From contig OZ320314.1 of assembly GCA_976226885.1 (NCBI GenBank), positions 74,896,001-74,960,000 on the forward strand: a stretch of DNA of 64,000 nt. The letters are read 5' to 3'. This DNA is from Iphione sp. A-MEVVRFRX5 (Eukaryota). The notes beneath the pieces were generated by a model. That model did not search any database, was not told the DNA's origin, and saw only the letters and a program-made list of their open reading frames with translations. Positions 11,812 to 24,350 of the stretch are shown in pieces. The number at the start of each line of letters is the position of its first letter. Within the stretch, counting starts at the first letter, position 1. Made by a program: the position numbers and the translations under genes.

Positions 11812-13192
11812 TCAACCCATTAAAAGTCGCATGCTCTTATTAAGCAGCTGCAGTACTAAACCACTCTGTTCCTTCAAGACATTTTCTTTCACAGCCCTGT
11901 GGACTCTTTTAGACCTAACTTTGATAAGTCATTACAATTTACTGACCCGGGCGTCCTTCTCTGACCTCTTACCGGAGAACATTTCCCCAAACAAACCTAC
12001 CCATTGGTTTCAAACCCCCAAACACCGAGGCCATGCTGAGGGGCAAAAAGAGCAGACCCTTCCCTTCTTGACAGGCATGGAAACCATGCATCAATAGTGA
12101 CAGCGTGGAACCACCTGTACTGTGTATTTCTGTCAGTCGAGGCTGGTGTCTACGGCATTCGTCGGAGCAACACCGGACGCACCTGGTCCGGTGTTGAGAG
12201 ACAGACTCCTACCGGCAGTGAGGGCACTTCCCAGGCGTATATCAGAGAAGAGAAATATTGCTGAAAGCGTCACTTTTATGGCAACATGAAGGATGCAGTC
12301 TGATACCAAGCTTTCAAAATGTGCATATGTTTGAAATATTACTGACAGGTACCACGCTGGCACAGGTATACAAAAGTTCTCCATTGTCTGTACACGTGCT
12401 ATGGTCTCGTGCTAACAGTAATTTTATCAGATCCACCTCCTGCTAAGTGGTTTGCTTTCTAACCGTGTGTTGGTGAACGCCCGTTGACCTTACACGCTGT
12501 TCGATCATTGAATGGATAGATATTCTTGAATCAAAGCTGTTGCTCAACCCACTTTGACAGACTAATGCCTTTGTATTGACACGGTGTAACACTTCGAATG
12601 CACTCTTTGCAACATTACAAAAATTGCTTATCGAGGACCATAGCGCTCATCGTGAAAATGTACCTTGACTCAATTACACAAAATAATCCTTTCTGATCTG
12701 TTGTGCCTTTTACAGCATATCCATGGCTTGATGGACGCTCTGTATATTTCAAAACTAGCATGATGTACCCAAAGTGTGTGGACACCGGTGTTTGAGCCTC
12801 GAATACATGTATACTATACTCGACAGAAATTGCCTGAAGAAGAATACCCAAAATGGAAACTGCAGGCCACCCCGTCCGATCGTCTGGCGTGGCTTTAGTC
12901 TTGCAGGAAACAGCCTTCATCTGGCTGCCACAATTACGACCGGCAAGATCACACACGTGGGTCATTACGACCTAAAGTCCATGGACAACCGACATATCCG
13001 TAATCAATGCCGTAGGCAAACAGGCCTCTATACTTAATGCACGGGGTGCCAGGGACCAATATGTGCAGCGCGACAGATGGGTTGCTACAAGCGTCAGTCT
13101 TCATGACGCTATTTCAATATGCACAGCTCCAACAATGCATAACAGATTATTTGAGTAGCCATTAAACATGCCAAAACGATAGCATGGGTTAA
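11812..13192 (+). mobile_element. Probable piggyBac transposase relic
   Basis: Frameshifted motifs in the expected order: YSISM..MDAL..TQSVWTPVF / VDTGV*ASNTCILY (compare YN..MGGVD...KW...F..D..V.N..ILY), then a Cys-rich end CTGCQGPICAARQMGCYKR, then a possible right end ...CATGGG|TTAA near 13183-13192. No matching left TIR; the left boundary is a guess. Confidence 0.5.
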
Positions 13193-14734
13193 GGTGTGCA
13201 AGATTCAAGGGAGATACCAATTTTAACGGAAAATAAAGGGATAAAGTTTCACATAGGCGTCAAGCTAGCTACTTACAGCAGTGTCATAGGGAGAAAGAAA
13301 TTACGCGTAGCTAAACGTTTCCAATACGAAACAGCTAGAAAAATTATAAGGCTGGCAATAACACATGGTGAAAAAGTACATACGACATATATAAAATTTG
13401 CTATATTGGACGGGAATGTCCGCTCTGCGGAAGGTTTTCTTGTCTTATTTTATGTTTCTATATGGATTAAAGATCACAATTCTGTCAGTTAGCTTGCTCC
13501 AGCGTTCTAATGGAATGCCAAATAATCATTTATTTAAAACCACGGTATCATTTCGGTTTTTCTGGGGGGCGGAAATGATTTAAGAAGCTGAAATATTTTT
13601 TTTGTCTCTTGGCCAATCTACCAGACTATTTTAATTAGAACAGTAGCTTGAATTAAATAGGTAATGAGGAAAATGTCAAATTTGGGTATCGAATTATGTT
13701 CATGTCATAATTAGATATTTAGGGGGTAAGTGACCTTCCTGTCATGAAATACACATGTTCGCCTTTTTCAAGTGCTCTAAGCTAATTTATAAGATAGGAA
13801 AATAGATCCACGCAATGGACCGGATCTGCTACGATTGTTTGCATGCGACCGCGACTCTACGGTGGGATTGGGGATTTTGTTTTCGTTTTAGTGGGGATTG
13901 GATGTCAGTCTTTTCCCACAGTAAACGACGTTACTGAGACCTAAGAGTCGGGAAATGCGTTTCTTTTGCACTGTATATGCAGCAGGTTGTTGAGGAAGAC
14001 GGTGGGAGGGTGTTTTTTGACAGAAGAAAGCGGCGTTTGCTCCGCTGCGCAATCCCGAGTGGGGACCAGAGGGATTCCTTATCAGCCGTGGACACGACCG
14101 ATACTGGGGACGAACGACTCGTTGAGGAGACGCCAGGAAAAATGCAGTGTTCTTATGAGGGATATGAAGAGGCAATGCTCCCCGTGCGACTTCGGGACGG
14201 CTCAGCAGGAGTCGCCGCAGTTCCTGGCCACTAGGGGGAAAGACGCTGCCACTGGTTCTGGTCTCTTGAAGCAAACGTCACTTGATGCCGCAATCGTATT
14301 TGGAGCACACAAGGTGATTTGCAGGGTTAGAAAAAAGATCACAGTAAAAAAGAGCCAAAAAACGATCATGTGCTCCCATTAACATGCATGATAGTTTGTG
14401 AAGGAAGACCATGACTATTTAATAATACTGACATTCCGACTTTTCCATACGAGGAATATTGTCTTCCATCTTAGTATATACCAATATGATAGAAAATATA
14501 TGTACAATAAAATCTCGCCAACCGGAGACCCAGCATCCATAAAATTGCTTTAATTGGGCTAGAAGTAAGGGACGAAAGCCATTTTCACTATAAATTGTTC
14601 TAATTAACCAGGCCCTCATATCCGTAACTCAAGTTGATTTTAGATTATCTTTCATTAATTTATATAGAAAATCTTAATGAGTAGGAACACACAAACACAA
14701 CTCGGCAAATATAATTTATGTTGTTTTATTAATT

Positions 14735-14773
14735 CTCCCAACGTTTCGGACAGTGAATTGCCTTCTTCAGGGG
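14735..14773 (-). ncRNA. Minimal type I hammerhead-like motif (PLE/retrozyme type)
   Basis: Minus strand reads ACCC CUGAAGA a GGCA-auucac-UGUC c GAAA CGUU GGG: palindromic ACGU stem III, 3-bp stem I (CCC/GGG), GUU triplet, with AAUAAA shortly downstream. Confidence 0.6.
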
Positions 14774-14852
14774 TCATATAGAAAATAACCACAGTTAACT
14801 GGATGCAGGTGTTAGGGCAACATTTCACCGAGTTGGCAACTACAAAGCATTA

Positions 14853-15262
14853 GGCTGGCTTTCCATACATTTGGAAATTGTCTCCGGAGCACGGAGTCCG
14901 TCGTGTGGGAAAAAATGACACAATGACTTTCAACAGGATTGTTTCCATGGACCCAGGTCTGTGGGTCTGTGCTCTGGGTCCGGAGGTCAAAAACAAACCT
15001 GGGCCATAAATTTACACTTTTTCTGGACTCTGAAGAACCACAGAGAGCCACAGAGAGCAGTAGCATATGTAGATGGAGGTATTCGGCAGGACAGACACTG
15101 TCTGTCATATGACAGATGTTGTGAATATTTATAATTTGCATATCATCTGCATAAAAACTGCACAATTTCCACCAATATGCTTCAAACTCCATGAAAAACT
15201 GCACAGTTTCCAATGATATGCTTCAAACTCCATGAAAAACTGCACAATTTCCACATCTCTCT

Positions 15263-15305
<43 letters not shown>

Positions 15306-15447
15306 CCATGCATGCACACATACACGCACATACACACGCATGCATGCACACATGGAAAGCACCTGTCCATGTCTGTGCAAAAATTGGTGATCAGACAACC
15401 CGGATACACGTATATGGAATATTTTCCATACGCATGGAACGGCGGCC
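14853..15447. mobile_element. Harbinger-like MITE, family B
   Basis: TTA|GGCTGGCTTTCCATAC...CGCATGGAACGGCGGCC|TTA (TTA TSD); contains (CT)n at about 15266-15301 and the 41-bp repeat; opposite orientation to the 22236 copy. Confidence 0.82.
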
Positions 15448-15739
15448 TTAAGCCTACAACATGGAACCCTGTGATAAGCCAAGCATCAAAGCGACTGCCG
15501 TGATGTCCATGTTGCTCAGACAACATAGGCCACCTGCAGTGGGGGTGGCGGGTAAGCAGGTATTTTGTAATCAAATGAATATCCATAGACAGAGTAACTC
15601 CAGTTATCTCTAACAAAAGATTAAGTTCATGAAGGCCAGATGATGTTTGTAGTCATTTTGTTGTCTTGTCAAGCCTTGAAGACACTGCAGGTCTAGGGGG
15701 ACGGTATAAGCTGGACCCTCCAGGCTTTCTTCACTACTC

Positions 15740-17392
15740 ACCATGGAACAACCACAATGTCACAACAGAACCCTAAAAGACAAAGAATCAAACATTACTT
15801 ATATGATTTCAGGACATTAGAGGGAGAGGAGCAACTATCAGTGAAGGTATACTCATTGAGAAGTCCAGGCTGCTTGGAGATGACCTCAATGTCCAGGAGT
15901 TTTCATATAGTGGAGGCTGGATCAGTCATTTCAAGGGCAGGCATGACATCAAATCGTACAGACATGGGGAGGCAGGCAGCATTGACCAGTCCTCTGTATG
16001 CATTGGACAATCCAAGGTGTAGCTGGCTCTAGAGGGGTACATTCCACAAGACATATGCAATGCAGATGAGACTGGGCTTTTCTATTGGCTGAAGCCCACG
16101 TGTACCCTCTCAACTGGGCCAATAAAAAGATAAAAGAAAAGCAAAGACAGAGTTAAAATGGCACTCTGCTGTGATTCAAGAGGGACAGACAAGTTGAGGC
16201 CTTTCCTGACAGAAAAGGTTGCAAGTCCCAGATGTTTTGGGAAAACATTTGATCCAGGCATTTATGTCTACTTCAAGCATAACACTAAAGCCTGGATGAC
16301 ATCCCTCCTCTGGGAAGATTTCCTGCAACTGATGTACAACAGAGCCAAGTGCCAAGGGTGCCACTACCTACTGCTCTATAATAATGCTGATAGAACCTCC
16401 AAGATCTTCCCAACATCACCATGAAGCACCTGCCCCCAACACTACTTCCCACATCCAGCCTCTGGATGCTGGGATCATTGCCTCCTTCAAGGCTCAGTAT
16501 AGGAGTAGGCTGTTCAGGCACTTCCTGAAATGTATGGAGGAGGCAACCCCATGACAGCTGACATGAGGAAGGCCATCCACATGGTGCATGAGGCTTGGGA
16601 GGGAGTCACTCCCACCACCATGAAGAACTGCTGGAGGCACACTGACATCCTCCCTGGGACACCCAGAGCTGCGGAGGATGGGGAGGAGGAAGAGGAGGAA
16701 GAGGAGGAAGAGGAGGAGGAGGAGGAGGAGGCCATGCCCCTGTCTGACCTGCAGGCCTTCCTCCAGTCACTGCCACCCGAGGAGTCACAGGGAATGATGT
16801 CTGCCAAGGAGTTCACAGCCTTGGACTCCACTGCAGAGACCTCAGGAGAACTCACCAATGATGTCATACTGTCACTGGTGAGAGACCCTGATGTGAGGGA
16901 GGACACAAAGGAGGAGCAGGAGACTGAGGAGATGCCACCGCCTCCTGTTATCATGAAGGAGATCACCAGATCAGTGGATCTGCAGGTTAGACACTGTGAG
17001 GACAACAAAGATGTTGAAGGAGTCCACTTCCTTTGTGGACTCCTACATAAGACACATACTTCACAGAGGAGTTGTAGACAGACTTTGATAAAAGATTTTT
17101 TTAATTCCAAGTAATTTCATAATTTTTATATTTCACACTTTTCCAACAATTTTCCACCTGTAAGATATCTTTATAACTTAATAGGTGATTTCTGAACTGT
17201 TCACAACCGATTTATGTCCATTTTTTCCCTAATGAAAAATATAATTAAAACTATGATATTTCTACCATACTTTAATATTATGCATGTTTTCCCAACCAGG
17301 AGATGCATGGGTGCCAAATCCACAACTGGATTATCCACTATCCAGAGCATTTCAGTAGAAATAAAAGTAATCTGGTTATCGAGGTCTGACTG
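15740..17392 (+). mobile_element. pogo/Tigger DNA transposon with a disrupted transposase
   Basis: CENP-B-type HTH ISEGILIEKSRLLG...GGWISHFKGRHDIKSYRHGEAGS; DDE_1 motifs NADETGLFY, KLRPF...PRCF...NTKAWMT, QPLDAGIIASFKAQYR; poly-Glu C-terminus; right end GGTTATCGAGGTCTGACTG. The second catalytic D appears as N, and there are frameshifts. Confidence 0.92.
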
Positions 17393-17566
17393 CATGTATA
17401 TGGAGGTTTGTCAGATAAACATCTTAATCTTTGGACTCAAGTGACGATCATATTTTCTCTGGACACTTGTCAGAGAATAATTAGCCTATCAGGTCCGATG
17501 CTAAACCCAACACGAAAGTTTCAACAATAAGATTTATCAACTATTGATGCCTAACATCCTCGTTAA

Positions 17567-17781
17567 GGCCTAATAAAAAATATCTGTGTTTCCGGTAACC
17601 TGACTCACCCATATTTTAGTTCCAATAGAACATTTTATTCATTCATATTTTATAAATAACTGCAGAATGAATAAAGCTACAGACGTGTACTATACACCAT
17701 TCTCTTCCTATATTACCAGCTTCCATTTAATATCAGTTTTATTAAAATCCTAACAATAGAAGCATAGAACTTTTTTAGGCT
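17567..17781. mobile_element. Harbinger-like MITE related to family A
   Basis: TAA|GGCCTAATAAAAAATATCTGTGTTTCCGGTAAC...TTTTTTAGGCT|TAA. Confidence 0.7.
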
Positions 17782-20064
17782 TAAGTAATAATGGCCCACA
17801 CATCTGCTAGTGCTCTTTTACTTATATTGAATTTGCTCATCTGCTTTCACACCTATGATTTATCTCAAAATCTAGGTCTCTGAGTTGACGCTCGTGTCCA
17901 AAGATGAGGATAGCATTGAAGATTTTAAGCATATAGAAAAGCATAAATGACCAATCGTATCTCCCATGAACGTATACATATATGCTTTCTTGAGCAGAAC
18001 AGTTCCCCAGGGGCATTATATTTGCCTTCTTCCACGCCGTGCTGCTTCATTTTCAAAGGAGCACATTCATGGTACAATGTACACGTCCCAGCGAAATTGA
18101 AATCCAGGGACGCCTTGCTCCAGGAATTATTCAGCTTTAAAAAAGTTGCCATTGAAGATGTTTCCGTCAGCACATCAGGAATGTCCTTTGAACTCCTATT
18201 TCAATTTGTTATATATCACAAAACACATATACCTCGTTGTCAGCATCTACCTTTGGAAGTTTCTACCTTTATGAGACACTCCAATACATGTACTCTAAAA
18301 CGTCACGCATCTGTGTACAGATTCAGTTCAGGCTGAAGGAAGCTAAATGTTTTCTCCACGTATATGCAGTTATCATGCATTAATAGAGCAATAATATAGT
18401 TTACAGTGCATGGGGTGACACACAGGCCCACTCCTGTGAGTCTGTGTTATATCATCGAGGCATACTGCCGAGTCCCCCTCCATCGAAATTAGTACTACAT
18501 TTGGGACGGCCAAGTTTGCCAAAGTGACAAGGATAATCTGAATAGTGAGACTGTCATTTGAAAAAAAACAGTGTAGATTCCCCTAATAATCTGGCATTCA
18601 CATGTCAGCCGTCCCATCTACTTTGAAAAAAAGTAAAGTTGTGGAGTTCTCCCTTCTTCCTGTTATGTCATAAGTAATTTTGATGTTTCCAAGCATCATA
18701 TCTAATGATGTATTTCCTAGTAGGTTTTAAAGAGTTAGATGGACCAGTGTGTCCGTTGTTAGCACTTAACAGTGCTCTGTTTCGACCTCCGATTAGACAA
18801 ATATAGCCGGGGGTAATGGACAAAGTGGTTGTTAAACGTCAGATGAGGGTTCCATTTCAATCAGCCATCCGAATTGATTCTTCGGACCTGTGCCGCCATG
18901 TGGGCAATGGATGGAGAAATGTGTCTTCTCCGTTATCCAGAACCTGTATTATAGCAACAAACACCCCATCCGATGGAGGGTTTGAGAGGGAGGGGGTATC
19001 TTCGATTACTGGCAATGCGGGCGCACAGTGTGTAAATGTTGACACCTCACAGCCAATCGGCCCCGCTGCACTGAAAATGCGATCATGGTGTGCCGGAAGA
19101 CCATGTCCGCGCACCTGCGCAGTTGTTCCCGTTTTCGCGGTCTCGGTGCAGTCAGTCGACATGATAAAGCTTATTGTGCTCATTAGTTGTGCCTGAATTT
19201 TTCATCGGCTGATTTTACATGGCGGTGTTATCTCTATATTCGAGGTGCTAATATTTCAACAAATAAATAATAACAAACTAAGCATGCTTACTAGAGAAGC
19301 TGTTGACTGCGCATGGCTGCCAAATTGTTCTCTACGTGCGGATATGAGTCCCGTTACATCATCGTCATTTCCTTAATATTACCTATAATTATGCCAATAG
19401 CTCGCAACCTCATACTTGCTGAGGATGGAGCACCTGCAGTCGAGATCCTCAGTAGAAATGCGAATCGATGTGCTCGTCAAATAGGCTTTCCGTGGAATAA
19501 ACAGAGGGGATCAACTATTTTCATGAAGCGTTATTGCTGATTTAAATTCCACGCGAAACGTTATTTACCCTTCTATATACATGTGAAGCATTACAAGGCA
19601 TATCCTGGTGAAGCATTATCAAAGAATTAATTCCACGTGAAGCGTTACTTGCCGTTCCTTTAAGCATTACAGATGGTCTGAATTCTTGGTGATGCGTTAT
19701 TGGGTACCCCCTGACCCCCCCCCCCTGTGAATAAATGCTGCAACGAGGGTTCGACAAGAAACGTGTGGAAACAGAAAATCTGATGATAATGTTTATATTG
19801 ACCAGGCAGTATACATCATACATATATTCTCAGGACTTCGGTTTTCGAAATTGGATATATTCCTAGACAATTTATCAATAAGTATATAGATATCAATTCC
19901 AACAGAATTAGCAGACAAAACAACATAAATATACATATTACATTATACATTCTGATAATAATGCTCATTGCATAATACACTCTGCATTTTAATCTTTATC
20001 ATGTTTTTCCTTTACTTCCCATATGTCCAGAAAGATACTTATCATGCTTGTCACAGTACTTATA

Positions 20065-20535
20065 GGCCTAAAAAATATCTGTGTTTCCAGTAACGTGTAG
20101 AAAAATGATAGTGTCGGTCAGTAGATCATATTTTTTATTTTTTTTATTTTTCAAAAGTTAATAGCTCATGAAATCAAGAAATATATGTGATAATGTCACT
20201 TGTCAAATGAAAACTAATGACCTGAGTGTAATATTCCTTGCCTTATGTAATGATAACACAGATTTAACTTAGTTTTCTACTCCTTTAGTACACTGCACAT
20301 GTGGTGTTACTCCATGGCTCCTGGGTAATGGTGTCTCACCGAATATTCACCCCTAGCATGTTCCCCGGTGGTACTGGTACACTACACTGAGGAATACAGT
20401 AGTGTATTCTATGACTCTCTATCTCTATTCATTTCCAGAGATATTTATAAATCAAGAATAAAATAACAAGTTCCATTTACAGCAAAATGAGGGTCAGTTG
20501 GGCTACCAGAAACACAGAACTTATTTTTCTTGGCC
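20065..20535. mobile_element. Harbinger-like MITE related to family A
   Basis: GGCCTAAAAAATATCTGTGTTTCCAGTAAC ... GCTACCAGAAACACAGAACTTATTTTTCTTGGCC|TTA; left flank ATA. Confidence 0.72.
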
Positions 20536-21282
20536 TTATGTAGCTACCTGATAATGTATTATCCACACTCCACTTCTTCGATAAAAAACATATTATGCGG
20601 CAATTTCCTCCTACTGTTAGAGGAAAACATGTCACAAATCCAAAAAGTGGTCTTGGGCTGTTATGTTTTATCACTGTTAACATTTTGTAAATATTAATTT
20701 CATCAAACTATTAGCTTGTAATAGAACTTCTCAAATCCTGACCAGTCATTATTTAACTGCTTCACCTGTACTGTGTTAATCGGCAATTTAAACAAGAAAC
20801 AGATTTAGGTAGGGTTTCCATGTATCCATTTCTTTCCCATAAATGGAGTGTGGTGACCAGGAAATTTCAGTAATATGGTTCAGAGTCCATTGTCTGAAAA
20901 CAAGCAATGTTGTAAGATTACCCATATTCGAGATTCCAAATGGAAAAATGGATGAGTAAAATATGAATATGAAAGTTTACATCAGGAGGGACACACAATT
21001 TGAACAGATATGCTTCAGTTTCCACAAAAACCTGCACTATTTCATTATTGGATTTGTAAATATATTATATGCAAATGAAGTTAGAAGAGCCTGAAATCTG
21101 GCAATTCGTCATTGAAGTAAATATGGCAACAGGAACTTCACACTAAACCTATATCAGCTTTTTTCCCCTTGTGTGAGAAAAATGACTTGTACACATACAG
21201 CTATTCGAATTGATTTCATGCACTTACCTGAGTAGTCAATCCTCTATCCAGTGATGTCACAGATATTGCATTTGGATGCTAT

Positions 21283-21882
21283 CCCAGCTAACACAATGTA
21301 CCTACAATGTTGTAGTTTGGTTAGGTTAGAACAAAACTTGGCGCAACATTGTATGAATGATAGATCATGACCTTTATGTAACGTTATAATATAACATGTC
21401 TACAAAGTTGAAGTTTGGTTAGGTCAGAAAAAGACTTTACACAACATTGTATAAATGTTAAATCATAACCTTTAGATAACATTATATAATAACATACATG
21501 TCTACAACATTGAAGTTTGGTTAGGTTAAAAAACATTTTTATAAAACATATAAATGTTGATTGGCTAAGTCATAATGTTTAAGTAATACTAAGATGAAAC
21601 AGGCCTGGAATATTGTAATGAATCATAACCTTCAGATAACATCATATGATAACATGTCTACAACATTGTAGTGTGATTAGGTTAGAAAAAATAATAAAAC
21701 ATAAATGTTAATTGGCCTAAGTCATAATATTTAAGTAATATTAAGATGAAACAGGCCTAGAATATTGTAGTTCGGTTAATAATATCTCTAGAGTGTAGTT
21801 TGGTTACACTGGACAATGATGATACCACAACCAAAACACAATGTTGCCACAACGTTGTGGCAATGTTACATTGTTTGCTGGG
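21283..21882. mobile_element. EnSpm/CACTA-like non-autonomous element with internal tandem repeats
   Basis: AT|CCCAGCTAACACAATGT ... ACATTGTTTGCTGGG|AT (2-bp AT TSD); internal repeats of ATAACATGTCTACAAC...TTAGGTTAGAA; perfect 20-bp palindrome at 21844-21863. Confidence 0.75.
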
Positions 21883-22235
21883 ATAGCTCTATTGCACCAG
21901 CCTACGTCAGTGACAGTGCTTTGATAAAGCAAAGTACCGGGCAATCCAACCTGTCAATATTGTAACATTTTTTCTGGTTAACTTTACATAGAGATAACAT
22001 AATACACCATTTGTGATGTGCCCAATAGTATGGTCCATAATTAACTTTAGAGTTATACTGTAAAATCACATCTAAGGCTGTAATCAAAACGCATTATAGC
22101 ACTGTTATCTTAGAGCAAATGCCTAAAAGTGTGGAGTTTAAACTTTGCTTTTTATATATTAAGTTTGTTCGAGTTTGGTGTACTTGGTGAAAGGATGAAT
22201 TCCACTATCCATAGCATGAATGAAAATTAGATTAA

Positions 22236-22884
22236 GGCCAGCTTTCCATGCATACGGAAATTTTTCCGTAGAGCGTAGTCCATCCGGAAATTGGGTCTAT
22301 TTTCCGGACTCTTCAGGCCATGGCTTTCCATGTGTGCGTGTACATGCGTGCGTGCGGGCATGCGTGCATGTCTCTGTCAGAGAAAACAGAGAGAGACAGG
22401 GAGAGACAGAGAGAGAGACAGACAGAGAGACAGAAATTGTACAGTTTTTTGTGGAGGTTGAGGCATATCGGTGGAAATTGTGCAGTTTTTTGTGGAGGTT
22501 GAGGCATATTGGTGGAAATTGTGCAGTTTTTGTGGAGGTTGAGGCATATCGGTGGAAATTGTGCAGTTTTTTGTGGAGGTTGAGGCATATCGGTGGAAAT
22601 TGTGCAGGTTTTTAGACAAATGATATGCAAATTATAAAATATTTTACATTATCTAACATATGTTAGACATAAGTTTAATAACTTTTTTATACTACTACTG
22701 TGTCCGTGGTCCGGAAAATGTGTTAATTTACGGCCCGGGTCCGTTTTCGGCCCACGGACCCGGACCACGGATCCACGGACCCGTACACATGGAACACCCT
22801 CTGTTAAAATCAGTGAGATCGTTATTTTCCGCACCACGCACCCTGGACTCCGGATGAAATCTCCGTATGCATGGGGAGCCAGCC
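22236..22884. mobile_element. Harbinger-like MITE, family B, with 41-bp minisatellite
   Basis: TAA|GGCCAGCTTTCCATGCATACGGAAATTT ... AAATCTCCGTATGCATGGGGAGCCAGCC|TCA; about 4.4 copies of GGAAATTGTGCAGTTTTTTGTGGAGGTTGAGGCATATCGGT at 22432-22611; GA-rich tract. Confidence 0.85.
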
Positions 22885-22984
22885 TCAAGGTTTACTTCAT
22901 GGAGAAATTTCCGACTTTTTACTGTTTTCACGTCCTGGGCCCTCTCCAAAGTTCCCCAGACTTAAAGTTGTGAAGTAGATAATG

Positions 22985-23141
22985 TGACCTGGGAGACCTT
23001 ACTAGGGAGAGAGACCAAATTCGGTCAGAACGGAACAAATTAGAGTACCTATGTCCAAGGCTTCATAATGGAGACCACCTCCCACGAGAAACCAAAATCG
23101 GCCAGTCCCAAGTTCGGTCTCCTAAGCAAGGTTCTACTGTA
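22985..23141. mobile_element. Partial pogo-like MITE end
   Basis: Ends ...GGTCTCCTAAGCAAGGTTCTACTG|TA, a TA-TSD Tc1/pogo-type terminus; no opposite end seen. Confidence 0.45.
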
Positions 23142-24009
23142 TATATAAAGCTATGTATGGCACATCTCATACGTATAAACAGCGAAGACATTCCAACAAG
23201 CAATTTTTCAAGTACCTCCTGAAAGGTACGCTTATAATCTTTGGGGGCCAGAAACTTGACTGGATTTCGATTTTCTTCATTTCGGCTAAAGTTCAGCTTG
23301 GAATCTAAGTCACACTACTCACTACCAAGAGCAATCAATGCCTTTGAATGGCTTCAGATATGTCCTTAGTTTCTAGGGATGGCTACCTACATACAGCATT
23401 GTATATCTAAAGCCAGCGCCCCTTTTGTGCAGCTGAGTTGCATCTAAATACCATCAGTTTGAAATCTAAGAATTAACAAGCTTTTTATGGCGCATACTGT
23501 GATAGCTACTAGTAATAATGTACTGAAAATTGAACACATACCTTCAAATAGGATATTATTGGCATCTATTAGTTCGACATAAACCCCAAACTACCCTCGA
23601 ACCCAAGTTTCCCCGTCGTTAGACTAGGTAGGGACCCAATCCCTACTTCTCCCTCCTTCAGCTTGGATTGTGGTTTGCATGATTTTATACCTTTTAATCA
23701 CTAACACAATGTTGCTGATTTACGCACAACAGCAGCCCCAGTGATTCAAAATAAATTGTTTGATACGATAATGCAGGATAGGTCTTATGGACATGTTATG
23801 AAAGATCTAATTGACATCCAAATCCAAAGTGATAAGGGTACTCGGTACGCATTTCGTCACCACCTGCCCGTTGGAGCTTGCTGACTTGGCAATTATTAGT
23901 CGCACCTGTCGACCCGTGAAAGACATAGAATTAATTATCATAAGAACAAGTCTGATGCTGGCCACTGACATCAGTTAGAACTGCCTGCCTGACTCAGGTT
24001 AGCAACTAG

Positions 24010-24350
24010 TACCTGTCCTTCCCTCTCTCTCCTTCCCTCCCTTCCTCTCTCGTGCCTTCTCTCTCTCAGTCTCTCTCCCTCCCAATCTCTCCCTTCCTTT
24101 CCCTCCCTCCCTGGCTCTGTCCTTCTAATCCCCTTTCCCTGTCTCTCCCCTCTCTGTCTCCCTCTCCCTTCATTCCTCTCTCCCCTCTTCCTCCCTCTCT
24201 GCCTCCCTCCCACATTCTCTTCCTTCCTCTCTCTTTCCTCCCTCCATCCCCTCTCTCCCTCTCTATCCCTCTCCCTCCCTCTCCCTCTTTCTCCCATCCC
24301 TCTCCTTCTGTCTGTCTCTGTCTCTCTGTCCCTGGCTTTCTCTCTCTCCG
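24010..24350. repeat. CT-rich low-complexity polypyrimidine tract
   Basis: About 340 bp of almost pure C/T. Confidence 0.95.

Noticed and set aside
15590-15615. Left TIR of the Tigger element
   Set aside because: Only weak similarity to the reverse complement of the right end, so it was not used as a boundary.
15129-15616. Overlapping ORFs with ERERER or LSLSLS runs
   Set aside because: Microsatellite translation within a MITE.
16514-17110. 198-aa Ser-rich minus-strand ORF
   Set aside because: Antisense shadow of the Tigger C-terminal ORF.
22432-22611. CRISPR-like appearance of periodic repeats (also 27781-27975 and 21300-21800)
   Set aside because: Head-to-tail tandem units with no unique spacers, no cas genes and a eukaryotic context.
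22220-22630. ORFs with repeated peptides
   Set aside because: Produced by the 41-bp minisatellite and GA tract inside a MITE.
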